This document shows, in pieces, positions 53,350 through 62,518 of a DNA stretch of 64,000 nucleotides. Numbering within the stretch: position 1 is the first letter of the stretch; each line of letters begins with the position of its first letter. Both the position numbers and the translations under genes were made by a program. The stretch comes from a virus. The notes under the pieces are model-generated. The model was not told the DNA's origin. It made no database searches and saw only the letters and a program-made list of their open reading frames with translations. Location: IMG/VR virus record IMGVR_UViG_3300045988_121070. One strand, 5' to 3'.

Positions 53350-53433
53350 TATTTTTCGAGAAAAATTTGATTTTTGGCGAAAATTTTTTGTTTTAGGGGA
53401 AATTTCCCGCTATTTTCCGCTATTTTCCGCTAC

Positions 53434-53485
53434 GGTCGCTATGACATAGCGACATACGGAACAGGCCCAGCCGAGAACGGCTGGG
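53434..53485 (+). repeat. Mosaic palindromic element (C + A modules), preceded by three copies of TTTTCCGCTA
   Basis: GGTCGCTATGACATAGCGAC ATACGGAACAGG CCCAGCCGAGAACGGCTGGG. The direct repeats are at 53404-53433. Confidence 0.85.
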
Positions 53486-53493
53486 AGTGGTGG

Positions 53494-53838
53494 CTACTGG
53501 GCAGGATGTGTGGCAGCCCAGTAGTCGGCAGCTGCTTGGAGGCAGTCGCGGAGAATGGCGGCGACATGCTGGTAGTTCTGGCGGGTGATGGGGATGGTGG
53601 GGTGCTCATCGGAACCACCACCGGCCTGAATAGCCACGAAGTCGGTGCGCCCTGAGACGGTGGCTACTCCCCCACCCCGCTTGTTGAGCGCTTCGAGAAT
53701 GAGGGAGCGTTGAGAGTCGGGTGTGGGGATAATCTGGACGTTCATCCAGGGGTATTCGTTGGCGGTGAGCAACGGGTACTGATGGCCGTGGTCGCCGGTG
53801 GCTGTGGAGAGGGTGAATGTGTAGGGATAGTGTGACAT
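53494..53838 (-). CDS. Hypothetical protein (114 aa)
   Basis: ORF in the minus block. Confidence 0.5.
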   Translation of the reverse strand: MSHYPYTFTLSTATGDHGHQYPLLTANEYPWMNVQIIPTPDSQRSLILEALNKRGGGVATVSGRTDFVAIQAGGGSDEHPTIPITRQNYQHVAAILRDCLQAAADYWAATHPAQ

Positions 53839-53893
53839 GATGTTTTCTGATTTAGTCCCAGCCGAAAGCGGCTGGGAGGTGTGGATATTATGA

Positions 53894-54331
53894 TTAGGCA
53901 GCCCAGGGAATGTCTGCCAACTTTTCGGGACAATAGTTTTTAATGAGTGCTAAGAACCAGCCTCGCTGTTTAGGGTCAGAGAGGAAGCCAGACCACCCTT
54001 CTTCTTTCGTCTGTGTGAAATAATCGATGTGGTCGATATCTTCACCATGGTAAAGACAGTTCGCCACGTTTTCTGCTTCATCGTTACCATCGTCTGTGTC
54101 TTCATCGTAAGGCTTCAGACCGGCATAGACATCCAGCAGGCGTGTCGCGGACTCGTCAGGTTCCCACTCGTCATACTCTGTGCCATCTTCATCGATGACC
54201 TGGCATAGCGTCTCAGCAAAGAAGAAAGTCAGCGGCTTGTCACTTAGGACCTCGATAGTGCCCACAAAATCGTAGTCATGGCCTGTAGAAGACAGGCGCA
54301 GGTCGCTATTCTCGAATAATGTTGTAGCCAT
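53894..54331 (-). CDS. Hypothetical acidic protein (145 aa)
   Basis: ORF with a TTCAT-type leader. Confidence 0.55.
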   Translation of the reverse strand: MATTLFENSDLRLSSTGHDYDFVGTIEVLSDKPLTFFFAETLCQVIDEDGTEYDEWEPDESATRLLDVYAGLKPYDEDTDDGNDEAENVANCLYHGEDIDHIDYFTQTKEEGWSGFLSDPKQRGWFLALIKNYCPEKLADIPWAA

Positions 54332-54367
54332 GATTTAATGAATTGATGAATGTATGAATTGATGAAT

Positions 54368-54934
54368 TTATGCAGCTTTGTGTGAGACTGAAAGGCGTTT
54401 CGGGTTGACGAAGTTCTGACCGTCCCAGGTGACAGAATAGAGAGAGTGATATTCGTTGATGTCGTGATCTGAATTTTTATGGTGCAAGAAATAATGCACG
54501 GCGGTGGCATCGTCTGGGCGGTCGAAATACCACTTGCGTCTGCGTCCGTCCCAGTCGGTGATGTTCATATAGTACCACCGACTGTTGGTAATCTTAGGCA
54601 GATGATATGGCAGCCATTCAGCCAGCGTGTTCCATACGCGCTCGAAAATCTTAGGACCACAAGAGACCTCAGAAGAGCATGAGCCAGGATAGAGGGCAGA
54701 ATGGTGGCGGCGATAGTCCTGCCACCACTTATAGGTTTGCTTACACGTCCAGCCATTCAGGGTGAGACCACGCATAGCAACAGAGGCGATAGTCTGGGTG
54801 TCATAGTGACCCAACTTGATATGAGGTGAATGCAGCATGGGCAGAGTGCCCTCGTTCTCGTTAGCATAACGATTTATCATGCGCTGTTCTTCGACCATAT
54901 ATGGTCTGATAACTCCAAAATTAAATTTAGCCAT
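54368..54934 (-). CDS. Hypothetical protein (188 aa)
   Basis: ORF with a TTCAT-type leader. Trp/Tyr/His-rich. Confidence 0.55.
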   Translation of the reverse strand: MAKFNFGVIRPYMVEEQRMINRYANENEGTLPMLHSPHIKLGHYDTQTIASVAMRGLTLNGWTCKQTYKWWQDYRRHHSALYPGSCSSEVSCGPKIFERVWNTLAEWLPYHLPKITNSRWYYMNITDWDGRRRKWYFDRPDDATAVHYFLHHKNSDHDINEYHSLYSVTWDGQNFVNPKRLSVSHKAA

Positions 54935-54991
54935 AATTGTTTAGTGTTTTTTAGTGAAACGGTGAATTGATGAATTTATGAATTGATGAAA

Positions 54992-55426
54992 TCATGCAGC
55001 AAAATTGAATGTGAGTTGCACGGCATGATCGGAAGAGGTCTGACGGCGAGAGCGTGAAGGGTGGGAGCGGTGCCAGGCAGCACGACGGGCTGCAGCCTGA
55101 CGTGCAAGCTGTTCTTGCTGCTGGATGTAGGACTGCTCATCGGCAGAGAGGGCGGGAGCCTGAAAGGTGTCGAGAGCCTTCAGGAACTCACGTTGTGAAA
55201 CCTCAGAGTCGTTAATACGATACTCGGTGTTAGTGTAAGAGTGATGGCGATGGCGGACACGGCCAGTGCGATAGGTGAAAGCACCCAGGCGGTACTCACG
55301 ATAGAACCATACATCGCGCCACCATGTAAGGCCCCATGAGCGAGACCATGCACGAGAGGCATTGTCGCTGTTGTCGAAGGTGTGACCTCGGCGGGCGGCT
55401 TCGTTCTTAAATTCTTGAAGTGTCAT
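54992..55426 (-). CDS. Hypothetical protein (144 aa)
   Basis: Start taken at MTLQEFKNEAARRGH (55426), downstream of the promoter/leader cassette. Confidence 0.55.
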   Translation of the reverse strand: MTLQEFKNEAARRGHTFDNSDNASRAWSRSWGLTWWRDVWFYREYRLGAFTYRTGRVRHRHHSYTNTEYRINDSEVSQREFLKALDTFQAPALSADEQSYIQQQEQLARQAAARRAAWHRSHPSRSRRQTSSDHAVQLTFNFAA

Positions 55427-55482
55427 AAGCGAAAAATGTTTTTTGTGAGGGATGCCCTCGGTTAAACTTTTATTTGTCGGTG

Positions 55483-55514
55483 CAAAGATACGAATATAAT
55501 TTGATATTACCAAA
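55483..55514 (-). promoter_or_regulatory. Bacteroidota-type promoter
   Basis: The minus strand reads TTTG (55514-55511), a 20-nt spacer, then TATCTTTG (55490-55483). Leader hairpin GAGGGCATCCCTC at 55447-55459. Confidence 0.6.
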
Positions 55515-55558
55515 TATTTTTCGATAAAATTTTGATTTTTGGTGATTTTTTTTGTTTT

Positions 55559-55618
55559 GGCGATAAAATCGCCTGACAATAAACGAAACAGAGCACCCCA
55601 CTGGGGGAACCAGTGGGG
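55559..55618 (+). repeat. Mosaic palindromic element (C + B modules)
   Basis: GGCGATAAAATCGCC TGACAATAAACGAAACA GAGCA CCCCACTGGGGGAACCAGTGGGG. Confidence 0.85.
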
Positions 55619-55628
55619 CGGGTAGGGG

Positions 55629-57137
55629 TTAGGCGGTTTTTTGTTTTTTCGACTTCTTAGGTGTGACCTTTGGGAGGTCCCAGCCTTTTGTCTTGGACTT
55701 CTGGACGGCGACCTCGTAATTGAAACGTGCCCACACGTCTTCGTCCAGAAACTCAAAGTGCATGGTGCCCTTCTTATAGCCACGGCAGCGGAAGAAGCCC
55801 CACTCGAACCACTGTCCCCACTGTTGGCCACGGCCTACCTGAGTTAGGTGGCCTATCTCGTCGTAATTGCGTCCAGTGAGATAGCACAGTGCCTTGCAGA
55901 CATCCTCCATGCGGTCGGTACGGCCACCACAAGGGAAGTCAACGGTGGGACGGGTGGAGCCATAGAAATAGCCCTCTGTGATATAGTCAACGATGAAACG
56001 GCGATTGACCATATAGTTAGCGTTGGTCTTCCATTTCTCGCCAGCGGTGGAGTTCTCGGCAGATAGTGAGCAAATGAGGTCGAAGGCTTCTTCCAGGGCG
56101 GTAAGCATTCGCTGTCCGTTGGTCTGGATGACCATATCGATGACGCGATAGATGTTTTTCATGGTGAATGGTGCGCACTTCTGGGACTCGATGAAGCGGT
56201 TGATCTGCTCACGAAGTTCACGGGTGGCATACTTCTCCATATTGAGCTTCTGGAAAATGATATGCCAGTAATGCTTCTGCAGTTCTCGCTTGTAGCGCTG
56301 GTGGCTGATAGCGGTGGGGTGTTCGCCCTTGGTCTGAGCGCCAAAGGTGATAGGCAGTCCGCCATAGTATTGTGGCTCCTGGCGAGTTTCGCCGGTCTTA
56401 GGGTCGGTGACGGTGCGGAAGTCGTAGAAGTCGGCCACCTCATTGATGCGCTTTGACATAGCCATAACTTCATCGAACATGCGGACAGCAGAGACGTAAC
56501 GGTTCACAATATCGCGCACGAAGTTGTATTGCATAAGTCCTTCCTGAGTGCCAGCAGTGTCGGAGTCGTACTGCTCAAAGATATAACCGTCGAACTCACT
56601 GGCACCGGCACCCTCCTTGTATAGCTTGATAAGTTCGATGTTGACATCTGTCTGACGGTCGGCAGTGTGGAAGACGTTACCCAGCGACTCGCGCTGTCCG
56701 TAGAGATCGATAGTCTCGGCGAGGCGCTGTTTGGTCTTATTACAATAGCAAGAGTCGAAGTTGCTGCTATTACAGAGGGCCACGATGGTACAACCAGCGG
56801 GGGCAATATCGAAGGCATGAAGGATGTGCTCGGCACCATGAGAGAAGGGCGGGTTCATTACGATATAGTTGCAGTGGCTGACCTGCTCGGAGGTGACTGT
56901 CAGGAAGTCTTCAGCCAGGATGTCGCACTTGCCGCGTAGGATGCGGAGTAGGGTAGGGTCATTCTCGCAGGCGATGACCTCCTTGGCTCCATTCTCTTTA
57001 AGCCAGTCAACGATATTGCCAGAACCGGCAGAGGGTTCGAGAATGGTTTTACCTACTATATCTTCGCCCATCATCATCTGAGCAATGACTTCTTTCGGGG
57101 TGGGGTAGAAATCGGAGTTATAAGAAAACATGTTCAT
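55629..57137 (-). CDS. DNA N6-adenine methyltransferase (gamma class) with a large C-terminal domain
   Basis: FYPTP, motif I ILEPSAGSGNIV, motif IV YIVMNPPFSHG. Confidence 0.85.
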   Translation of the reverse strand: MNMFSYNSDFYPTPKEVIAQMMMGEDIVGKTILEPSAGSGNIVDWLKENGAKEVIACENDPTLLRILRGKCDILAEDFLTVTSEQVSHCNYIVMNPPFSHGAEHILHAFDIAPAGCTIVALCNSSNFDSCYCNKTKQRLAETIDLYGQRESLGNVFHTADRQTDVNIELIKLYKEGAGASEFDGYIFEQYDSDTAGTQEGLMQYNFVRDIVNRYVSAVRMFDEVMAMSKRINEVADFYDFRTVTDPKTGETRQEPQYYGGLPITFGAQTKGEHPTAISHQRYKRELQKHYWHIIFQKLNMEKYATRELREQINRFIESQKCAPFTMKNIYRVIDMVIQTNGQRMLTALEEAFDLICSLSAENSTAGEKWKTNANYMVNRRFIVDYITEGYFYGSTRPTVDFPCGGRTDRMEDVCKALCYLTGRNYDEIGHLTQVGRGQQWGQWFEWGFFRCRGYKKGTMHFEFLDEDVWARFNYEVAVQKSKTKGWDLPKVTPKKSKKQKTA

Positions 57138-57150
57138 AATATCGGAGTTT

Positions 57151-57417
57151 TTAAGATTTTACTTCTGTGAAAAATTCAGTCCAACTGTCGTGACAGAGTG
57201 GATTGTTCTGAGGGTCGTATGGCCAGGCATGATAAGTATTACCAAAGTTATTCGTAATATGGCCACATGTGTACTTGAAATTCGGTGTATTAGGTGCATA
57301 CGGTGAATTTACCTCGCACTTATAGATATGTCCTTTTGTGTAGTAGATTTGGCGATTACCACCTACTACTGACTTCTTACACAGGTAACTGTGTCCGTGG
57401 ATAATTCTTGGTTCCAT
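57151..57417 (-). CDS. Hypothetical protein (88 aa)
   Basis: Tightly packed ORF. Confidence 0.5.
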   Translation of the reverse strand: MEPRIIHGHSYLCKKSVVGGNRQIYYTKGHIYKCEVNSPYAPNTPNFKYTCGHITNNFGNTYHAWPYDPQNNPLCHDSWTEFFTEVKS

Positions 57418-57419
57418 AA

Positions 57420-57917
57420 TTAAGCTGCTGAATGAAATGTAAAACCTTTGTTCTGGTCGTAAGAAATGACAATCCCCATACGCTCCAGTTCCTTGAATGA
57501 TGATTTGAATTTTTCTACTGCCAGGTCCTGCTGGTGGGTAAGTTCGTGCTCAATACCTCGTGAGGCATCGATGATGTCGCGGAGTTCTGCAAGCCAGAGT
57601 TCTAAGTCTTCGACATGTTCTGCCTGATTATCGAACGGTACACCACAACCGGCCACACCGTCAGGCCACCAGATAGCAACCTCTTCGTTGACATCAAAGC
57701 TGTTGACATACTCTTCGAGAGCGTCGGCACTGATTTCTTCCAGATTGATATACATATCGCCACCGGCGTTCGTGCTCATATTCAATTCAACACTGAGGGG
57801 CTTATCGTCCCATGCGGGGCCGTCCCATGTTAAATCGTGTTCTTCCCAGAGATCGAGAAGCTGCTGTTTATCTTTCGGCAATGAGTTGTACCATGCCATG
57901 CTATTATCTTTTGCCAT
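57420..57917 (-). CDS. Hypothetical acidic protein (165 aa)
   Basis: Start at MAKDNSMAWYNS (57917). TTCAT-type leader upstream. Confidence 0.55.
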   Translation of the reverse strand: MAKDNSMAWYNSLPKDKQQLLDLWEEHDLTWDGPAWDDKPLSVELNMSTNAGGDMYINLEEISADALEEYVNSFDVNEEVAIWWPDGVAGCGVPFDNQAEHVEDLELWLAELRDIIDASRGIEHELTHQQDLAVEKFKSSFKELERMGIVISYDQNKGFTFHSAA

Positions 57918-58003
57918 AGTTGTATGCTTTAATGAATTGATGAATGTATGAATTGATGAAAGAAGAGAAAGAAACCCAGCGGAAAACCGCTGGGCACGTT
58001 GGT

Positions 58004-58681
58004 TCAGGCAGCAACAGCCATAACAGCGGCCTTCATCTGCCAGCGTGGGCACTCGGCTGGGCCATAGATAGCCTCGCCATTAGAGAAGACACCACCACAC
58101 AGCAGCTCGTGCTCGCAGAACTCGCTGAAGGCATCCTCGGCCTGGTCGGTGAGGGTAGCCAGTTCCTTATAAATGCGGGTAATGATTTTTGCAGCGTGGA
58201 TTTTGCTGAGACCTTGGTTGCCGGTCCAGTTGTCAGTGATGCACTCGGCAGCGGTGACAGCATCGGAGCCGGTCAGATCATACTCGGAGTTGTACCACTC
58301 ATCAGGGAGGTGAACCTCCAGGGATGCACGATAGTCGAAGTTGGCACCCTCGTAATAGGCAGAAGTGGCACCAGCATCGACAATAATGGTAAAGTCGATA
58401 CCACACATGGAGAAATAGTGGCGGATGCGTGAAAAATAATGGGTGGGGTAGCTGCGGTCACGGTCGGACTCGTCGATATCTTTCCAGCCCTTAGCGGTCA
58501 GTTCACTCTGGACGTTGGCAATGGCATCGTCGTAGTCACACTGTGTGAGGATTTCGTCATACTGTCCCAGCAGCTCCTGGGGATAGTTGTTAGCATCGAT
58601 AGTGTCTTGATCGATGTACTTGTTCATGCCAAATGCGTAGATACGGCTGGCGGTAGGGATTGCGAAATTAGGTGCGCTCAT
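58004..58681 (-). CDS. Hypothetical acidic protein (225 aa)
   Basis: ORF downstream of the promoter/leader cassette. Confidence 0.6.
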   Translation of the reverse strand: MSAPNFAIPTASRIYAFGMNKYIDQDTIDANNYPQELLGQYDEILTQCDYDDAIANVQSELTAKGWKDIDESDRDRSYPTHYFSRIRHYFSMCGIDFTIIVDAGATSAYYEGANFDYRASLEVHLPDEWYNSEYDLTGSDAVTAAECITDNWTGNQGLSKIHAAKIITRIYKELATLTDQAEDAFSEFCEHELLCGGVFSNGEAIYGPAECPRWQMKAAVMAVAA

Positions 58682-58737
58682 AATTTAATACTTTTTTTGT
58701 GAGCCTCGTGGCTCGGTTAAACTTTTATTTGTCGGTG

Positions 58738-58769
58738 CAAAGATACGAATATATTTTGATACTACCAAA
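58738..58769 (-). promoter_or_regulatory. Bacteroidota-type promoter
   Basis: The minus strand reads TTTG (58769-58766), a 20-nt spacer, then TATCTTTG (58745-58738). Leader hairpin at 58701-58714. Confidence 0.6.
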
Positions 58770-58820
58770 TATTTTTGCAGAAAAATTAAAATAAAATCGA
58801 AATTTGTTAGTTTACGAGGG

Positions 58821-59069
58821 TTATGCGACGGGTCGCAATGAGATTTTCATAGTGCCTCGTGCCGGATGACCAGAGGCGAGAACTTCATAGCGGCGACGAT
58901 TGAAGGTGATGTACTGATAACCAGCATTATCATAGTAGCGATCGCCATGAGTGTGACAGACACGCTCGCTGGTGCCATCGGTTACGAGGAGAGAGCCATA
59001 GGGCATGATATGGTTATTACCAAATGTGGGAAAAGTCCAGGAAAGAACTTGTTTGATTTTTACGTCCAT
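58821..59069 (-). CDS. Hypothetical protein (82 aa)
   Basis: ORF preceded by a leader hairpin (59087-59100). Confidence 0.5.
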   Translation of the reverse strand: MDVKIKQVLSWTFPTFGNNHIMPYGSLLVTDGTSERVCHTHGDRYYDNAGYQYITFNRRRYEVLASGHPARGTMKISLRPVA

Positions 59070-59155
59070 AATGCGTGATGTTTTGTGAGGGTGTGCCCTC
59101 GGTTAATGAATTGATGAAATAATGAAACGATGAAAACGGGGGTTTTTGAGAGGGA

Positions 59156-59407
59156 CTATAATGACCAGATATTTTCGAGAGCATCGGTGAGACGCTGGCG
59201 CAGATGATCGACGCGCTGCTGACAGCCCTGCAGGTTCTTCATGGCACCACGTAGATCCATGACTGTTTCCTGATTGGCTTCTGCTGCCAGATAATAGCGA
59301 TACTTAGATACTGCCCGCTGCTGGGCTTCCAGTTCGCACTCAGCTTCAAAAAGTTGGTCGTTAAGCTGCTTAACGGTGGCGATTGCATTCTGTGAAATTG
59401 TAACCAT
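59156..59407 (-). CDS. Hypothetical coiled-coil protein (83 aa)
   Basis: ORF in the minus block. Confidence 0.5.
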   Translation of the reverse strand: MVTISQNAIATVKQLNDQLFEAECELEAQQRAVSKYRYYLAAEANQETVMDLRGAMKNLQGCQQRVDHLRQRLTDALENIWSL

Positions 59408-59481
59408 GATTTTGTAGATTTTTAAAATTTTCTGATTTTAGAAGTGCTCTATATTTAGGGTAGGGGAGGAAAGCCGCTATA

Positions 59482-61872
59482 TTATGCGGCCTTCCTGAAA
59501 GGGTCGGGATCATCAGGGCTGACAGCCTCGCGGACTGCTTGCGCCTGGTTCTCTGTCTGTGTGCGCTCGATGAGGTCGAAGAGCTGGGCGCGGGCGTAAT
59601 CGGTGGCACCCTGGAGGGTGTCTGGGTCGGTGCCGGTCTTGATCTTGTCGGAGAGCGTCCAGAAGATGACACCCAGCGCGTCGAACTGTTCGCGGCTGTC
59701 AGGCGTGAGGCTGCCCAGACAGGCGCACACTTCAGAGAGACGGGCGGCGGCGTTCTGGGTGCCCTCGGTGGCCTGCTGCTTCCATCGTTCGAGGGTGGCG
59801 GCTGGGATGGTCACGCCCTCCCACCGTTTGGCCTGCTGGATGATGTCGGCAAAGATGCGGAAGAGGTCGGCCACTGCCTCGAAGAGTGGGGAAACGCTGG
59901 CGGGCTGCTGTGTGTCGTCGCTGACGGCCTCGGAGTCGGTGGGCTGTGTGTTGGTCTGCTCGGCTATCTCGGCGCTGTCCTGAGCGTTTTCTGTGATGTT
60001 CTGGGCATCCTCTAACGTGTCGGCCTCTGGGGTGGTCTGCTCCTCAGATCGAAGAGCAAACCAGGCGCGAACCTTGGCCACGTCGTTGGGGTCTGTAGCC
60101 TCCCAGCGTTTCGCCTCCTTGTTCCAGTGGCAGCCGTGGGCCTTGATGTGCTTTTTATTAAAATACGTCGTTTTCCAGTCCTCAGAGACGACGGCCACAC
60201 CCTCGGCGATGTCGATGAGCCGCAAGCCATCTGCGGGGGCTTCTGCTACGACTGTTTGCGGGGCGCTGACGGCCTCGGAGTCGCTGGGCTGGGTGCTGGT
60301 CGGCTGCTTAGTCTCGGCGCTGTCCTGGTGCTTCTGTGCGGTCTGCTTTGCCTCCCACTGGCGGCGCTGGCGCTCGATGTCTGCAAGGTCGGCACGAAGG
60401 GCGGCGGCTGTCTCTGGTGTAATGCCTGTTATTTCTACGTCGGCATAGGTGGAAGAACTGCCGGAGCTGCTGAGAGTGTAACCTGCGGCGGCGAACTTTT
60501 CAGCGCGGGCCTTCTGCACCTTATAACCGCCATTATTTACACCCCAATAACTTACGGACTCGATATTACCTTCTGCGTCGGTGTACTCGTGTTTTTTTCC
60601 ATAGGCTACAGCCTCGCCACGTTCCAGGGCCTCGATGAGTTCAGACAAAGAAAGCGGGGTATTTTGGCGGGTTTTGCTGTCATGCTGCCAGAATGCGGCA
60701 GACTGACCGCCTACGAGCTTAAACAGTGCGCGAAGTGTGGCACCATAACGGGGGGCGAACTCTGCGGGCTTCTCGGCCTTCTTCTCGTCATCCGTTTTAA
60801 ATGTGATGAAGTCGGCCAGGGCGTTGATCCAACCGGCTAAGGTCTTGCGGCTGTCCATATAGTCGCGGAAGTTGTGGCGGCTTGTGCGCTGTGCGCTCTT
60901 CTGTTCTGCTGTCACGCTGTCAAAGTCAGCGCCAAAGATACGGAAAAATTCTCTGATTTTTTCCTCGTCTATAAAGACGGCGATATCTTCCCAGCTGTTG
61001 CAGTCGTAACGCTTGCGGGCCTCTGGGTCTGTAAAGTCAGGATTAAGACGCTTTAAAACGTCGGCCATTTTCTGCCTGTTCTCGTCGCTTATAGTGCGAT
61101 CAAATTCAACCTGACCACGAAGGCCGCTGTATTTATCGGCAAAGTCTGTAAAATCTGCCCGCTCATAGTCGGCATAGTCTGTCATACCGTCGAAGGTGTC
61201 CCAACCAGATACGAATAAATCGAAATCGGTTGCAGCTTTGAACTCTTCCAGGCTTGGGCCGTCAGTCCATGCGATAGTAAAACCACCACCCCAGCCGTTA
61301 TCGTAACGAAGGGAGAATTTAACACCCTTAAAAGCTGTTTGCGCCATCTTCAAGAGATTACGGCGGCGGGCTGCATGTGTGGCAGTTCTGGCGGCTTTCG
61401 TGGCTTTGCCTGCCTCCTTATATTCTGCAGAACGATAGCCGAAAGCCTCGGCAGCCTTGCGCTCGTTTTTATAGGCATTATTTTCAGCCTCTATAAATGG
61501 GGTCAAATCTTCCATGAGGTGCGCCCATTTCTTGCAGCGCTTTTCGTAGATGGGGCGGGCTTTCGCTTTGCGCTCTTCCTCTGCTTTGCGCTCTGCTTCC
61601 CGTTCCTGGCGCTGGCGCTCCTGGTAGGCTTCCCACTCTCGGCGCTCTTCCTCCTCCTCACGGCGGCTGGCTTCTTCTGCCTGGCGTTCTGCTTCGCTCT
61701 GGGCGTGTTGTTTAGTTCCTGACAGGTTGCGGGCGATCTGCTCGTATTCGTTCATCATGGCGGCGAACTTCTCGGCATCGCCTCCCGTGTCTGGGTGCAA
61801 CTTCAGAGACAGGGCGCGGAACTCATTTTTTAAACTCTCGGCAGTATAGGGGAAATTTACAAAGTATTTCAT
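59482..61872 (-). CDS. J-domain (DnaJ-like) protein, 796 aa
   Basis: N-terminal AESLKNEFRALSLKLHPDTGGDAEKFAAMMNEYEQI carries the HPD tripeptide, followed by a charged E/R/K-rich coil and a long C-terminal region with internal repeats (TQP(S/T)DSEAVS). Confidence 0.75.
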   Translation of the reverse strand: MKYFVNFPYTAESLKNEFRALSLKLHPDTGGDAEKFAAMMNEYEQIARNLSGTKQHAQSEAERQAEEASRREEEEERREWEAYQERQRQEREAERKAEEERKAKARPIYEKRCKKWAHLMEDLTPFIEAENNAYKNERKAAEAFGYRSAEYKEAGKATKAARTATHAARRRNLLKMAQTAFKGVKFSLRYDNGWGGGFTIAWTDGPSLEEFKAATDFDLFVSGWDTFDGMTDYADYERADFTDFADKYSGLRGQVEFDRTISDENRQKMADVLKRLNPDFTDPEARKRYDCNSWEDIAVFIDEEKIREFFRIFGADFDSVTAEQKSAQRTSRHNFRDYMDSRKTLAGWINALADFITFKTDDEKKAEKPAEFAPRYGATLRALFKLVGGQSAAFWQHDSKTRQNTPLSLSELIEALERGEAVAYGKKHEYTDAEGNIESVSYWGVNNGGYKVQKARAEKFAAAGYTLSSSGSSSTYADVEITGITPETAAALRADLADIERQRRQWEAKQTAQKHQDSAETKQPTSTQPSDSEAVSAPQTVVAEAPADGLRLIDIAEGVAVVSEDWKTTYFNKKHIKAHGCHWNKEAKRWEATDPNDVAKVRAWFALRSEEQTTPEADTLEDAQNITENAQDSAEIAEQTNTQPTDSEAVSDDTQQPASVSPLFEAVADLFRIFADIIQQAKRWEGVTIPAATLERWKQQATEGTQNAAARLSEVCACLGSLTPDSREQFDALGVIFWTLSDKIKTGTDPDTLQGATDYARAQLFDLIERTQTENQAQAVREAVSPDDPDPFRKAA

Positions 61873-61924
61873 AATCGGAAAATTTTAAAAATCTGTGAAT
61901 AATAAAACGGGCTATAAATAGGGG

Positions 61925-62260
61925 TTATTTGTTGGCACTCTTGCGGCGGATCACTGGCGGGGCGTAGCGGTGGAAGGTGGCCGGTGCATCGTTGGTTCCT
62001 GGCAGCTCGCAACCATGCACAAAATACAAATAATCATCGTTTCGCAGCTCATAGACAGCAACGGCGGCAGAGTGTCGGAAAATGCGGGCGGCGGTTGCCA
62101 TGCTCGCGGCGTTCGTTCTCATTTCGTCAGGGGTTCCCCACCATTCAGAAGCGCACAGGCTCCAGAGACGGCCAGAAACGGCGATAATATAAGTATAACA
62201 GCGGCGGCCCTCAGAATCAGCAACAGGGGCGGCGGTGGTGGTGTTCTTTGTGGTGTTCAT
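61925..62260 (-). CDS. Hypothetical protein (111 aa)
   Basis: ORF in the minus block. Confidence 0.5.
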   Translation of the reverse strand: MNTTKNTTTAAPVADSEGRRCYTYIIAVSGRLWSLCASEWWGTPDEMRTNAASMATAARIFRHSAAVAVYELRNDDYLYFVHGCELPGTNDAPATFHRYAPPVIRRKSANK

Positions 62261-62264
62261 AGTT

Positions 62265-62471
62265 TTATAAATAAGTAGTAAAACGATAATTTAAAAAGAT
62301 ATAAACGACGGCCCAGAGAGAGCCGGCCCAGAGGATAGCGGAAACGGTGCGCGGGTAGCGGTCAGCGATACGGGCAGCAGCGATGGCCAGCCGGAGGGCC
62401 AGACGATAGAAAGCGGGTGCGGGCTTCAGTTCCTGAAGTTCGGCGCGATAGATACGGGCGTAATTTGTCAT
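62265..62471 (-). CDS. Small membrane protein (68 aa)
   Basis: Two hydrophobic segments. Confidence 0.45.
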   Translation of the reverse strand: MTNYARIYRAELQELKPAPAFYRLALRLAIAAARIADRYPRTVSAILWAGSLWAVVYIFLNYRFTTYL

Positions 62472-62518
62472 AATATAATAATATTAAATGGTTATAACAT
62501 GAGGAGAGAAACCAGGCT

